From the NCBI GenBank assembly GCA_051871275.1, contig JBJECR010000116.1:6775-70774 (forward strand): 64,000 bases of DNA, in the 5' to 3' direction. Positions 34,976 through 44,930 of the stretch are shown in pieces; positions within the stretch are counted from its first letter, which is position 1; every line of letters starts with the position of its first letter. Source of the DNA: Muribaculaceae bacterium. GTDB taxonomy: Bacteria > Bacteroidota > Bacteroidia > Bacteroidales > Muribaculaceae. A model generated the notes under the pieces. The model ran no database searches, had not been told where the DNA came from, and saw nothing but the letters and a program-made list of their open reading frames with translations. Position numbers and translations under genes: made by a program.

Positions 34976-36343
34976 ATGCTTGAAAGAAAATTCACTTCAT
35001 ATCTGGAACGTTTCCTCAAAGAAGAGCGAAACAAAATACTCCTTGTGAATGGAGCCAGACAAATAGGAAAATCATACCTAATCCGCTACGTAGGCAAGAA
35101 AATGTTTACCCATTTCGTGGAGATAAACCTCAAAGAAGATGCGGAAGGCGACAAAGTATTTGCCGATGTTCATTCAACAGACGACCTCTATATGCGTTTG
35201 AGTAATTACTATTCACAGCCATTAGGAGATAACGAGGACACACTAATATTTCTGGACGAAATTCAAAGCTATCCGCACCTAATGACTATGCTGAAGTTTC
35301 TCAATCAAGAATCACGCTACAGATTTATAGCCAGCGGTTCCCAATTAGGCGTAGCCTTACATCAGACACCATCCGTACCAATTGGCAGTGTGACTATTGA
35401 GCAAATGTATCCTCTTGATTTTGAGGAGTTTTTATGGGCAACAGGTGTTGGCAAGGAATGGATAGAAAATTTGTATGAACATTTTAAGCAAGAAAAGCCG
35501 TTAGAGGAAGATACACATAATTTTTTACTGAAACGATTCCAATATTATCTGCTTGTGGGAGGTATGCCGGAGGCTGTCAATAATTATCTTGCAGACAGAA
35601 ATATTACTCGTGTCCGACAAACTCATAGAGATATACATAACTTATACAGCATAGACGCCTCACAATACGATGAGGAACACAAACTGAAAATTCGTAAAAT
35701 TTACGACCTTGTGCCAAGCAATCTGGAAAATAAGAAAAAACGCATAGTATATAAAAACATTGAGGGCATGAAAGGAAAAACTTTTTCTGACTACGCAGAA
35801 GAATTTGAGTACTTGACAAATTCCGGTGTTGCTCTACAGGTATCCGCTATCAGCAATCCACGTTTTCCTCTTTTGGAATCAGAACAAAAACAATTGGTTA
35901 AACTATATCTTAATGACGTGGGCTTGCTGACAAATCTTCTCTACGGATTAAACGTTAATGCCGTGCTGCAAGACATTAAAAGTATAAACCTCGGTACGGT
36001 GTATGAATCTGTGGTTGCACAAGAACTTGCAGCACACGGTTTCAAACTCCATTATTACGACAACAAGAAAAAAGGTGAAGTAGATTTCCTCATTGACGAT
36101 TATAACACCTTGAATGTACTGCCATTAGAAATCAAATCCGGAAAAGACTACACTCAACATAGTGCACTCACTACATTCTTGGAAACCCCTGATTACTGCA
36201 TTAATCGAGCTATTGTGTTTTCTAATGAAAGAAACATTTTCACAAAGAAGGGTGTCACGTATCTCCCTATTTATTTTTGCATGTTTCTTAGCAACAATTG
36301 TGATGAAGAATCCATGATATTGCCGGAACTTCCGCAAATTTAA
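34976..36343 (+). CDS. AAA-family ATPase (AAA_14 plus DUF4143-type).
   Basis: Walker A GARQIGKSY, Walker B LIFLDEIQ, and a C-terminal EVDFLI ... LPLEIKSG PD-(D/E)XK-like region. Confidence 0.85.
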   Translation: MLERKFTSYLERFLKEERNKILLVNGARQIGKSYLIRYVGKKMFTHFVEINLKEDAEGDKVFADVHSTDDLYMRLSNYYSQPLGDNEDTLIFLDEIQSYPHLMTMLKFLNQESRYRFIASGSQLGVALHQTPSVPIGSVTIEQMYPLDFEEFLWATGVGKEWIENLYEHFKQEKPLEEDTHNFLLKRFQYYLLVGGMPEAVNNYLADRNITRVRQTHRDIHNLYSIDASQYDEEHKLKIRKIYDLVPSNLENKKKRIVYKNIEGMKGKTFSDYAEEFEYLTNSGVALQVSAISNPRFPLLESEQKQLVKLYLNDVGLLTNLLYGLNVNAVLQDIKSINLGTVYESVVAQELAAHGFKLHYYDNKKKGEVDFLIDDYNTLNVLPLEIKSGKDYTQHSALTTFLETPDYCINRAIVFSNERNIFTKKGVTYLPIYFCMFLSNNCDEESMILPELPQI

Positions 36344-36412
36344 CAATACAAAATCAGCACTAATACTCTGATTTTCAAGGAAAAATATGCTTGTTTTTCA
36401 AAATTAAATAAA

Positions 36413-36457
36413 TTTATTTCAAATAAGTTTATTTCAAATAGATTTATTTCAAATAAA
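36413..36457 (+). repeat. Three tandem 15-nt repeats (tttatttcaaataNN).
   Basis: Copies at 36413-36427, 36428-36442 and 36443-36457, immediately upstream of the ATPase gene at 36494. They are mirrored in the spurious antisense ORF (EINLFEINLFEINLF). Confidence 0.9.
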
Positions 36458-36493
36458 ATTATTAAATTTGCGGAAAAAAAAAGTATAAACATT

Positions 36494-37615
36494 ATGAAAG
36501 TACCATTTGTTTTTGGAAAAATAGCTGACGGCGATGATTTCACGGATCGAAAGGAAGATACAAAAAAACTTGTAAATAACTTTCAGGGACTGGTAAACAC
36601 AATCATCATTTCGCCAAGAAGATGGGGTAAAACATCACTTGTAAACCACGCACTCAAGCAGCTTAGCGGTGATTCCGAATACCTGATTTGCAAAATAGAT
36701 ATATTCAACTGCAGGTCCGAAGCACAATTCTATCAGACCTACGTAAATGCCATTCTTCAAGCCTCATACACAAAATTTGACGAATTTAAATTGGCACTAA
36801 GAAAATATTTGAGCACTTTCGGACCTAAAATCACTTTATCGGACTTAGGCTCACAATTTGAACTCGGATTTGGCATAGACTTTTTTGACAAAAACTACTC
36901 TTACGATGAAATTTTGGACTTACCTCAAAAAATTGCCGCAGACAAGGATAAAAAATTCATCATCTGCATTGATGAATTTCAAAATGTAAGTTCATACGAG
37001 GATTCTATTGGTTTTCAGCGTAAACTACGTTCTCACTGGCAAAATCACACCTCCGTAGGTTATTGCTTGTTCGGCAGCAAACGACACATGCTTTTAGACA
37101 TTTTCAGTAATTACGAAATGCCTCTGTATAAATTTGGAGACATATTGTTTTTGGACAAAATAAGTGCTGAAGAATGGACTGAATACATCGTTCAACGCTT
37201 TGAAGACTCCGGTAAAGAGATTTCACGCACAACTGCCTGCAAAATAGCGGAATACGTTGAATGTCACCCTTATTATGTGCAACAATTAGCACAACTCACA
37301 TGGCTACGAACAGAAAACCATTGTAATGACGAAATTGTGAAAGATGCATTTATATCTCTTGTAAATCAACTTAGTCTGCTTTTCAGCAATATCATAGACA
37401 CTCTTACTTTGAGGCAAATTCAGTTCTTAAAAGCAATCGCAAATGGTGTCACTCAATTCACTTCTTCCGCTACTATAAAAAAGTATAATCTTGGCACATC
37501 CGCCAACGTAAAAAATTTGCGTAATTCATTACAAGATAAAGATTTAATAGATATTCTGCCCAACAAAATTTCTATTCAAGACCCTGTTTTCGCATACTGG
37601 ATAAAACAGTATTAG
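36494..37615 (+). CDS. ATP-binding protein (archaeal-ATPase / AAA_35-like NTPase).
   Basis: Walker A SPRRWGKTS, Walker B FIICIDEFQ, and a helical C-terminal region. Confidence 0.8.
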   Translation: MKVPFVFGKIADGDDFTDRKEDTKKLVNNFQGLVNTIIISPRRWGKTSLVNHALKQLSGDSEYLICKIDIFNCRSEAQFYQTYVNAILQASYTKFDEFKLALRKYLSTFGPKITLSDLGSQFELGFGIDFFDKNYSYDEILDLPQKIAADKDKKFIICIDEFQNVSSYEDSIGFQRKLRSHWQNHTSVGYCLFGSKRHMLLDIFSNYEMPLYKFGDILFLDKISAEEWTEYIVQRFEDSGKEISRTTACKIAEYVECHPYYVQQLAQLTWLRTENHCNDEIVKDAFISLVNQLSLLFSNIIDTLTLRQIQFLKAIANGVTQFTSSATIKKYNLGTSANVKNLRNSLQDKDLIDILPNKISIQDPVFAYWIKQY

Positions 37616-38531
37616 CATTTCTTTGCAGACCTGCCAATTTTGTGCGTTTAACAGCGGAATGGGAGAAAATGGCGGAAAATTCAGGCTGTGCGAGTGATAA
37701 AACCGCCTGAGGAGTGAGCGAGGAAAGAGCCGGTCGGATGTGAAAGGCTCTCAATGGAGTGAAAGGCGGTGCGGCATTATGCGGGCAACATTTCTGACAT
37801 TCATCGCAGCCGTAAATGCCACGCAATGAGACGTTTGCAGGCAAATCACCGCGATGCTCAATGGTGAGATAAGAATGGCATTTGCGAGCATCAATATGGT
37901 GGTTTTCTATGGCTGCACCGGGGCAATGCTTCACGCACGCCATGCAGTCGCCGCAAGAAAGTGTGCAAGGCTCATTTGCTGGCAAAGCAATAGACGTAAC
38001 TATCTCACACAAAAAGAAATAACTTCCTGCACCGGGAACTATCAGCATTGAATTTCTACCCTGAAACCCTACTCCGGCTCGTACTGCCCAATATCTCTCG
38101 AGAATAGGAGCGGAATCCACACAAACTCGTGCCGCAAATCCTTGATTTTCAACATATTGAACAATAGGTTTGAGACGTTCCCTCAGCACTTCGTGATAGT
38201 CGTCGCCATGTGCATAAAGAGCAAAATTGCACGGATTTTCACCCTCAGCCACTTTGTGGAAATAACTCATAGCCAGCACTATAACTGTTTTTGCACCATC
38301 AAGAAGTAAACGAGGGTCACGGCGGATTTCAGCATGGTTTGCAAGGTACGCCATATCCGCATTTTTACCTTCCGCTATCCATTTGCCATAAAACTCTGTC
38401 ACAGAAGCATCTACAGGCTCTGCATCTGCAAAACCGATAGCATAAAAACCGGCATCTGCGGCAAGACGTTTTATTTCTTCCTTACATTTCAATGGGGAGC
38501 AGCTCATAACCCTGTTCTTTGAGCCATTCAA
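37572..38531 (-). CDS. queG: tRNA epoxyqueuosine(34) reductase QueG.
   Basis: Two ferredoxin-type clusters, CGDCMACVKHCP and CDECQKCCP, and a C-terminal HEAT-like LQRNA. The start may be the internal Met at 38507. Confidence 0.88.
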   Translation of the reverse strand: MNGSKNRVMSCSPLKCKEEIKRLAADAGFYAIGFADAEPVDASVTEFYGKWIAEGKNADMAYLANHAEIRRDPRLLLDGAKTVIVLAMSYFHKVAEGENPCNFALYAHGDDYHEVLRERLKPIVQYVENQGFAARVCVDSAPILERYWAVRAGVGFQGRNSMLIVPGAGSYFFLCEIVTSIALPANEPCTLSCGDCMACVKHCPGAAIENHHIDARKCHSYLTIEHRGDLPANVSLRGIYGCDECQKCCPHNAAPPFTPLRAFHIRPALSSLTPQAVLSLAQPEFSAIFSHSAVKRTKLAGLQRNANTVLSSMRKQGLE

Positions 38532-39099
38532 TAGACTTAGGCAGTGCGAATTTTATGTGCTCTATGGACTTCAGAGAATCGTGAAAAACAATGATAGAGC
38601 CATTTCTGGCATATCGCTTCACGTTTTTGAAAATTCTCTCGGACGACAGCGAAGGGTCATAGTCACGAGTCACAAGGTCGTACATTATAATATTATAATG
38701 TTCTTTTATGACTTGCATTTGGGACCAACCGAGAAGCCCGTGAGGCGGACGGAAGAGAGTACTGTCAATGAGTGCGGCAGCCTCCTCAATATCACGGATA
38801 TAAGTATGAAAAGACGATTTAAGCCCCTGAATATGGTGCATAGTGTGATTACCGTAAGAGTGTCCGCGGCGTTTTATTTCCTCAAAGAGTTCCGGATGCT
38901 TGCGAACATTGTCACCCACCATAAAAAAAGTGGCTTTCACATCGTATTTGTCAAGGGTGTCTAAAATCCAGGTAGTAAGTTCCGGGATAGGACCGTCGTC
39001 AAAAGTGAGATAAGCCACCTTTCTCCCCTTGCGAGGCAATCGCCAGATTGCCTCGGGGAAGAATAGACGGTAAAATAGAGGTGGCTGCTCAATAAGCAT
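38482..39099 (-). CDS. Polysaccharide deacetylase (NodB-homology / CE4) family protein.
   Basis: LTFDDGP, HTMHH and RPPHG motifs. Confidence 0.85.
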   Translation of the reverse strand: MLIEQPPLFYRLFFPEAIWRLPRKGRKVAYLTFDDGPIPELTTWILDTLDKYDVKATFFMVGDNVRKHPELFEEIKRRGHSYGNHTMHHIQGLKSSFHTYIRDIEEAAALIDSTLFRPPHGLLGWSQMQVIKEHYNIIMYDLVTRDYDPSLSSERIFKNVKRYARNGSIIVFHDSLKSIEHIKFALPKSIEWLKEQGYELLPIEM

Positions 39100-39110
39100 T
39101 ACGAATAAAA

Positions 39111-42100
39111 TTAGTTAGAGGCTTGCACTTCCAGGAGGTGTGTCAGGTCAATACCCTGCTCAACAAGTGTATTGAGCAATTCTTCCACATCACCACCATT
39201 ATCGGTGTAAGTTGTGAGCAAAGACACCACGTATGTAGGAGCGTATCTGTCAATACGGCTTATAGTGGCAAGTTGCCACGGTTTTCTCTGGAGAACGGTG
39301 AGATACTTGTAAGTTTTTGCGTAACGTACAATTTCCGAAGCCAGGATTTCAAAACCTTTCTGCTTGAGTTCCTCGTTGTCCGTAATAGTGCCGAGTTTGC
39401 AGTAAATATCACCTATAGACTCACCCATTTGTATTCCGTACGGAGCAAATTTCACGGGGAGCTTAGTGTCCATTATGTCCAGAATATTTTTAGTCTTGGC
39501 AAAGTATTCGTCTCCTTTGGCTTTTCTTTCCGCATCTGCAGTTTCATCACCGTTTTCGTCATACTTATAGTCAATACCCTTGTTGTAAAGTTCACGAGCA
39601 AGGTCCATGAGCGAGCTGCGGTGAGTAGTCACCATGCGTCGGATAGTTTCGTCAAGGTAAAGGTCTTTGCCGTTTGCGTATGCTTCGTCAAGACCACCCC
39701 AGCGGAATTTTGTAGTGACGTTTTCATACATTCTGTCCACATCCGGCATCGGGTCTGTGTCCGGAGCATTCACAAGCAGAGGAGTGACCATATAAGCAAG
39801 ACCGGTGTTACGCATATATGGTGAAAGACCGATATAGTAGCTTTCCGGAACGGTCATAGCGAAATAAACAGGGCGATTCCAACCGTTTTTAATGCTTGTG
39901 GCAAGGAAATCCAGCGATAAAGCCTTGCTGAGGCTTGCACCGCCTTCCGCTTTTACGTCTTTATCCTCAAGGAAGTTAACAGCAATGTAATCTTCCGCCG
40001 TTTCAGCCTCTTCCGCAGTGATAATGCCTGCTTGGACAGCCTTGTTTACATCAATAGGAATATACATATTTGGATACTTCCAATATGAAATGTCCTTTGA
40101 ACCCGGAGCAGGAGCGGATTTATAGAGCGAATCCAGTGCGGAGAGAGCTTCCACAGGAGAGTTAACGGCAGTTTCTTCGTCAATATAGCTGAACTGAATC
40201 CTGTCGTAAGCGTAGTTTTCCGGTTTTGCAAGCATATCAATGCCCGGTGCGCCTTCCGTCTCAATACGCATCTGGTTTGCGTACCAGTCTGTGGTGAGGT
40301 ATGAAAGGTTCACCACGCGAACGTCCGTTCTGTAGCCTTCCACTTCCTGTGCGTACCAGAGCGGGAAAGTATCATTGTCACCGTTTGTGAAAATAATAGA
40401 GTTTGGAGCAAGGCTGGAAAGATAATTGAATCCGAAGTCGCGTGCACAATATCTGCCGGAGCGGTCGTGGTCGTCCCATGTTTGTGACACCATTTGGAGT
40501 GGCACGAGGATACCCACAAGTGCTGCAAATGCAGCTGCAGGCAGTTCCGCTTTCGGATTTTTCTTCATAAAGTTCTTGATAATATTTGCAATAGCGAGTA
40601 CACCAAGACCCACCCAGATGGAGAACGCATAGAAAGAGCCTGCAAAAGCATAGTCACGTTCACGCGGCTGCAAAGGCGGCTGATTGAGGTAAAGCACGAT
40701 AGCAATACCCGTCATAAAGAAGAAGAAAAATACCACCCAGAACTGCTCAATACCGCGTTTTGAATAAAACGCTTGCCATAGCATACCTATAAGACCAAGA
40801 AGGAGCGGCAGCATATAGAACACGTTGTGACCTTTGTTGCCCTCACCGTATTCGTCAGGGAGAAGCGACTGGTCGCCCAGGCGAGCATTGTCTATAAACG
40901 GAATACCTGAAATCCAGTTACCGCGGTTCACTTCCCCATTGCCTTGAATATCGTTTTGGCGACCTGCAAAGTTCCAGAGGAAATAACGCATATACATGTG
41001 GTTAAACTGGTAGTTTATAAAGTATTGCAGGTTCTGCACAGCTGTAGGCTTGTTTGTGTCAACTCCGTAAGGCGAACCCGGGTAAAGTTCGAAGGTAGAG
41101 CCGTCCTCGTTTTGATACGGATATATTGTCACCTTTTCCATATCAGCCTCCGTGGCGCCAATCCAGTCCAGATAAGCCTTGGGGTGCTGTCCGGAGCGGC
41201 TGTACATACGCGGGAAGAGGACATTCGGTGTCCATTCGTATTCTTCTTTTTGACCTGTTACCACATACTCGTCTCTCTGCAGAGAATCCGTTTTCACAAC
41301 CTTTGCATAGAGGTTTTTGCCTTTATTCATCTTTGCAGTAGCACCACCGTTGGAACTTACGATATATATAGGCGAAGATGTGAATTGGCGACCGTAAAAG
41401 AGGGGATTTTCACCATACTGCTCGCGGTTCAGGTATGAAGAAAGTGCAAAAACGTTGTCCGGAGTATTCTGGTTCATTGTAGGGTTTGCATCGGAGCGAA
41501 CAAGAATGAGAGCATAACTTGAATAGCCGATGAAAATCACGAGAATACTCGTTGTGGCAATGCTCAGAAGGCGGTATGGCAATTCTTTTGCCTTGAAAAT
41601 CCATATCAGCAATGCAAGTGTGAGAAGTGCCGGTATCAGCATGGAATCGCCTATAAACGTGATTCCGGAAAGGAACACCGCAAGCACAAAGGAGATGCGT
41701 ATTTTTGCATCACTCGTCTGCGTATATAGCTCATAAATGCTCCATAACAGAACTGCTATCAAAAGGAACGCATAAACCGCCACACCAACGTTATAGCTAC
41801 ATGAAAAACTGTTTACAAACAGAAGTTCAAAGTACTGTGCCATTTCAATAAAGCCCGGCACAAGTCCGTAAAGGATAAGTCCTATGACCACGCAGGAAAT
41901 GCCGAGTGTGATGAGCGAACCTTTTGCAGTGGTATCTTTATATTTGCGGTAGTAAATCACAAGTGCTATTGCCGGAATACACAGCAAGTTCAGCAAGTGC
42001 ACGGCAATGGAAATACCTATAACGTACGCTATAAGCAGCAAATATTTGTCGCTGTGCGGCATATCGGCACGATCCTCCCAGCGGAGAATGAGCCAGAACA

Positions 42101-42575
42101 CGAGTGCCGTGCAGAATGATGAAAAGGCATAAACCTCACCTTCCACGGCAGAAAACCAGAATGTGTCGCTCCAGGTATATACCAGTGCTCCACAAAGTCC
42201 GGAACCGAGGATAGCAATAGTTTTAGGCAAGGAAATCTCCTGTGCATCGTCTGCCACCACAAGGCGACGTGCCAGATGCGTCACGCTCCAGAAAAGGAAG
42301 AGTATTGTTCCGGCACTGAGGAGTGCGGACATAGTATTCACGCAGTAGGCTGCCAGCGAAACGTCACCACCTGCAAAGTTCACGAAAAAGCGTGCTGCAA
42401 GCATAAATATCGGGTTGCCCGGCGGGTGTCCCACTTCAAGTTTAGTACCTTGTGCTATAAATTCCGGGCAGTCCCAGAAACTTGCGGTAGGCTCGAGGGT
42501 GAGAATGTACGTCACCGCAGCCACCACGAAGCAAAGCCACCCCAGAGATGCGTTGAGAATCTTAAATCTTTTCAT
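39111..42575 (-). CDS. DUF2723 (GT117-like) polytopic membrane protein.
   Basis: The N-terminal WDCPEFIAQGTKLEVGHPPGNPIFML signature, many TM helices, and a large C-terminal soluble region. Confidence 0.85.
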   Translation of the reverse strand: MKRFKILNASLGWLCFVVAAVTYILTLEPTASFWDCPEFIAQGTKLEVGHPPGNPIFMLAARFFVNFAGGDVSLAAYCVNTMSALLSAGTILFLFWSVTHLARRLVVADDAQEISLPKTIAILGSGLCGALVYTWSDTFWFSAVEGEVYAFSSFCTALVFWLILRWEDRADMPHSDKYLLLIAYVIGISIAVHLLNLLCIPAIALVIYYRKYKDTTAKGSLITLGISCVVIGLILYGLVPGFIEMAQYFELLFVNSFSCSYNVGVAVYAFLLIAVLLWSIYELYTQTSDAKIRISFVLAVFLSGITFIGDSMLIPALLTLALLIWIFKAKELPYRLLSIATTSILVIFIGYSSYALILVRSDANPTMNQNTPDNVFALSSYLNREQYGENPLFYGRQFTSSPIYIVSSNGGATAKMNKGKNLYAKVVKTDSLQRDEYVVTGQKEEYEWTPNVLFPRMYSRSGQHPKAYLDWIGATEADMEKVTIYPYQNEDGSTFELYPGSPYGVDTNKPTAVQNLQYFINYQFNHMYMRYFLWNFAGRQNDIQGNGEVNRGNWISGIPFIDNARLGDQSLLPDEYGEGNKGHNVFYMLPLLLGLIGMLWQAFYSKRGIEQFWVVFFFFFMTGIAIVLYLNQPPLQPRERDYAFAGSFYAFSIWVGLGVLAIANIIKNFMKKNPKAELPAAAFAALVGILVPLQMVSQTWDDHDRSGRYCARDFGFNYLSSLAPNSIIFTNGDNDTFPLWYAQEVEGYRTDVRVVNLSYLTTDWYANQMRIETEGAPGIDMLAKPENYAYDRIQFSYIDEETAVNSPVEALSALDSLYKSAPAPGSKDISYWKYPNMYIPIDVNKAVQAGIITAEEAETAEDYIAVNFLEDKDVKAEGGASLSKALSLDFLATSIKNGWNRPVYFAMTVPESYYIGLSPYMRNTGLAYMVTPLLVNAPDTDPMPDVDRMYENVTTKFRWGGLDEAYANGKDLYLDETIRRMVTTHRSSLMDLARELYNKGIDYKYDENGDETADAERKAKGDEYFAKTKNILDIMDTKLPVKFAPYGIQMGESIGDIYCKLGTITDNEELKQKGFEILASEIVRYAKTYKYLTVLQRKPWQLATISRIDRYAPTYVVSLLTTYTDNGGDVEELLNTLVEQGIDLTHLLEVQASN

Positions 42576-42600
42576 CTATTCTAAAAAATACAATATTTTT

Positions 42601-44040
42601 TTATCTACGAACGAGTTTCACACCTGTCACGGTTCCGTCTGCCATAGTCACTCTCACTATGTACAGTTTTGTTTGCCACTGTGAGGTAGAAATCCGAGCA
42701 TTATCAGCATTTATGCTTTCCGCTGCAAGCTGCAAACCTGTAGCATCATAAACTTCCACATTGAGTATTTCGTTGTCTGCCAAGACGTTAATTACATCGG
42801 CATCAAACCAAACAGCAATTTTTGCCTCCTTGAGGTCGTCCGAAACCACATTGTCCGAACCGGTTGTGGATTCCGTTAATTTAAACTCTTTCCACTGATT
42901 TTCCGCTTCGAAAACCGCCTTGTTTGAAGCAGTGACGTAAAGCCAAACTTCAGGCTGATTTACTCCGCTCCAAACATTTTCACCAAGTGCGGGAGCTTCG
43001 CTTAATTCTCTCACAAAGAGGTCGCCGAGTGAAGTCCAGTTTGCCATTGCATAGTCGCCGAGGTATTCTACAGTAGCAGGCAAAACAAACTGATTTATTT
43101 TGCTGCAACCGGCAAGTCCGTAACGACCAACAGAAACCAAAGATGTGTTCACACCCGGAGTTTCAGAATATTCTTTTGTGTATTCATAAGCAAGTTCGGA
43201 AAGTCCGTAAAAGCCATAGTCGTCAATCACTTGGAGACTGCTCGGAAAATTGAGCGATGTGAGTGCCTTTGCAGCAAAAACGGCACTATTGCCAACGGTT
43301 GTCAGGTTTTCCGGCAATTTAAGCGTTGCAAGTGAACCACATTCCGCAAAAGCACCGGCAGAAAGCTCCGTAAGTTTTGTGCAGGCAGACAAATCCGCAG
43401 CAGCAAGAGCAGTTGCGGCAAATGAATATTCGCCTATATTTTCAAGATTTTTTCCAAAAGTGAAAACGGCAAGCGATGTGCAACCCTTAAAGGCACTATT
43501 GCCGATATTTACAAGGTTTGCACTTCCTGCTACACTTTCAAGTGCCGTACAACCGGCAAATGCTTCGTCTGAAACACTTGTTGCACCGGAAAAATCCACA
43601 GTGCGGAGAGATGTGCAGTCTTTGAAAGCACGATTTCCAACAGCCGCACCGGCAGGTATAGTCAGAGACTCCAAGTTTGCTGAAGCAAGTGCAAATTCAC
43701 CGATTTCCGCCAGGGAAGCAGGGAAAGCGATAGACTTAACGGAAGAACCGAAAAGAGCATAACTTTGCAGCACATTTGCAGGTGAAGTAAAGTTGCCGTT
43801 ACGCAAAGCTGCACCTTCGTATGCCACGATTGTAGCACCGGAGATATCCAGGCTTTCCAGTTTTGTCATTTCAGACGCTATAAATTCAAGGTCTGAAGCA
43901 TCAATGCTACCTGTAACGGTGAGTGATGTTTCATTAGTGTTTTCGCCTACAAGTGCAGCCAGTCCACCGGGAGTGGATTCAACAGCCATAGCAGAGCAAG
44001 TCATTGCTGCCGCAGCGGAAAAAAGTATAAATTTTTTCAT
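42601..44040 (-). CDS. BspA-type leucine-rich-repeat surface protein with a T9SS C-terminal sorting domain.
   Basis: Signal peptide MKKFILFSAAAAMTCSAMA. Repeated ~23-aa units follow the pattern L.sv.i....IG..AF.gCtsL. The C-terminus is ...KLYIVRVTMADGTVTGVKLVRR. Confidence 0.85.
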   Translation of the reverse strand: MKKFILFSAAAAMTCSAMAVESTPGGLAALVGENTNETSLTVTGSIDASDLEFIASEMTKLESLDISGATIVAYEGAALRNGNFTSPANVLQSYALFGSSVKSIAFPASLAEIGEFALASANLESLTIPAGAAVGNRAFKDCTSLRTVDFSGATSVSDEAFAGCTALESVAGSANLVNIGNSAFKGCTSLAVFTFGKNLENIGEYSFAATALAAADLSACTKLTELSAGAFAECGSLATLKLPENLTTVGNSAVFAAKALTSLNFPSSLQVIDDYGFYGLSELAYEYTKEYSETPGVNTSLVSVGRYGLAGCSKINQFVLPATVEYLGDYAMANWTSLGDLFVRELSEAPALGENVWSGVNQPEVWLYVTASNKAVFEAENQWKEFKLTESTTGSDNVVSDDLKEAKIAVWFDADVINVLADNEILNVEVYDATGLQLAAESINADNARISTSQWQTKLYIVRVTMADGTVTGVKLVRR

Positions 44041-44270
44041 AAATCCGAATATTGTTTTCTTATTTTGCCAAATTATGCATCAATTTCACAGCACGCATCG
44101 CCTGAAACGTAAGTGCATAATTATCAATTTGCAAAGTTACAATTTTTTATCGGATTATTCTCCGAATAAACACCATAATAATTGTTAACTTGCATGATAT
44201 TTGCAAAATGTTGAAAATAACAATCCCTATATTCACCCAACAAAGCAATTTCAGGCTCTTACTGCTACAA

Positions 44271-44927
44271 TCATGGCTTGGATAGCCAATATGATTTTAT
44301 AGAATTAAACCAAGTTTTTCTTTCACCAATTTTTGAAATCTCTTCATCATAGAAAATGAATAATTTTTCGCATAAATCAAGCATCCATTGTTTTCGATTG
44401 GTATTTCTTGCAGTAAGAAACTTTAATTTATTCGCATTTGCAATTTGAATCTGTCCCCAACCTAAAGCACCTAATGTCAAACAACTCCAATCAAAAGACT
44501 CAATTCTCTTAAAATCACATCTTGTATATTTAATTTCATTTTCTATAACTTTATATGAAACTATTAATATACAAAAATTGTTTTTGTCATCATTTTTGTA
44601 AAATGTTGCTAATCTCTTAACTGATATAAGATTAGGCATATTAAAATCAGTATCTACATTATGTGTTTTAACATCTACAGCATAATAATTACCTACAGCA
44701 TCCTTAAAAGCCATATCCTCCATAGACCTTCTACTAAAATCAGAACTAACATCTATTCCATATTCGTTTAGAACTAATTCCAACCCTGTTTTTCCAAGAT
44801 AATCTTGAACGGCATCTCCAACAGCCCTTGGTGAACTCAATGAAGAACCTGATACTATTTTTGTTGCTTTTTCTGTAAGGTTTTTGAGTATTGAAGATGC
44901 TATTTTCTCTAAATTCATTTTTTTCAT
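44271..44927 (-). CDS. Putative type II restriction endonuclease (PD-DxK).
   Basis: It lies 3 nt downstream of the methyltransferase gene on the same strand. A candidate catalytic core is EDMAF ... YYAVDVKTH. I do not recognise the enzyme family or its specificity. Confidence 0.5.
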   Translation of the reverse strand: MKKMNLEKIASSILKNLTEKATKIVSGSSLSSPRAVGDAVQDYLGKTGLELVLNEYGIDVSSDFSRRSMEDMAFKDAVGNYYAVDVKTHNVDTDFNMPNLISVKRLATFYKNDDKNNFCILIVSYKVIENEIKYTRCDFKRIESFDWSCLTLGALGWGQIQIANANKLKFLTARNTNRKQWMLDLCEKLFIFYDEEISKIGERKTWFNSIKSYWLSKP

Positions 44928-44930
44928 AAC

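Noticed and set aside
37572-37615. A 44-nt convergent overlap of the 3' ends of the ATPase gene and queG.
   Set aside because: Both stops are fixed by sequence, and both C-termini look native (QueG ends after its LQRNA region). Convergent 3' overlaps occur in compact genomes, and nothing else is unusual here.
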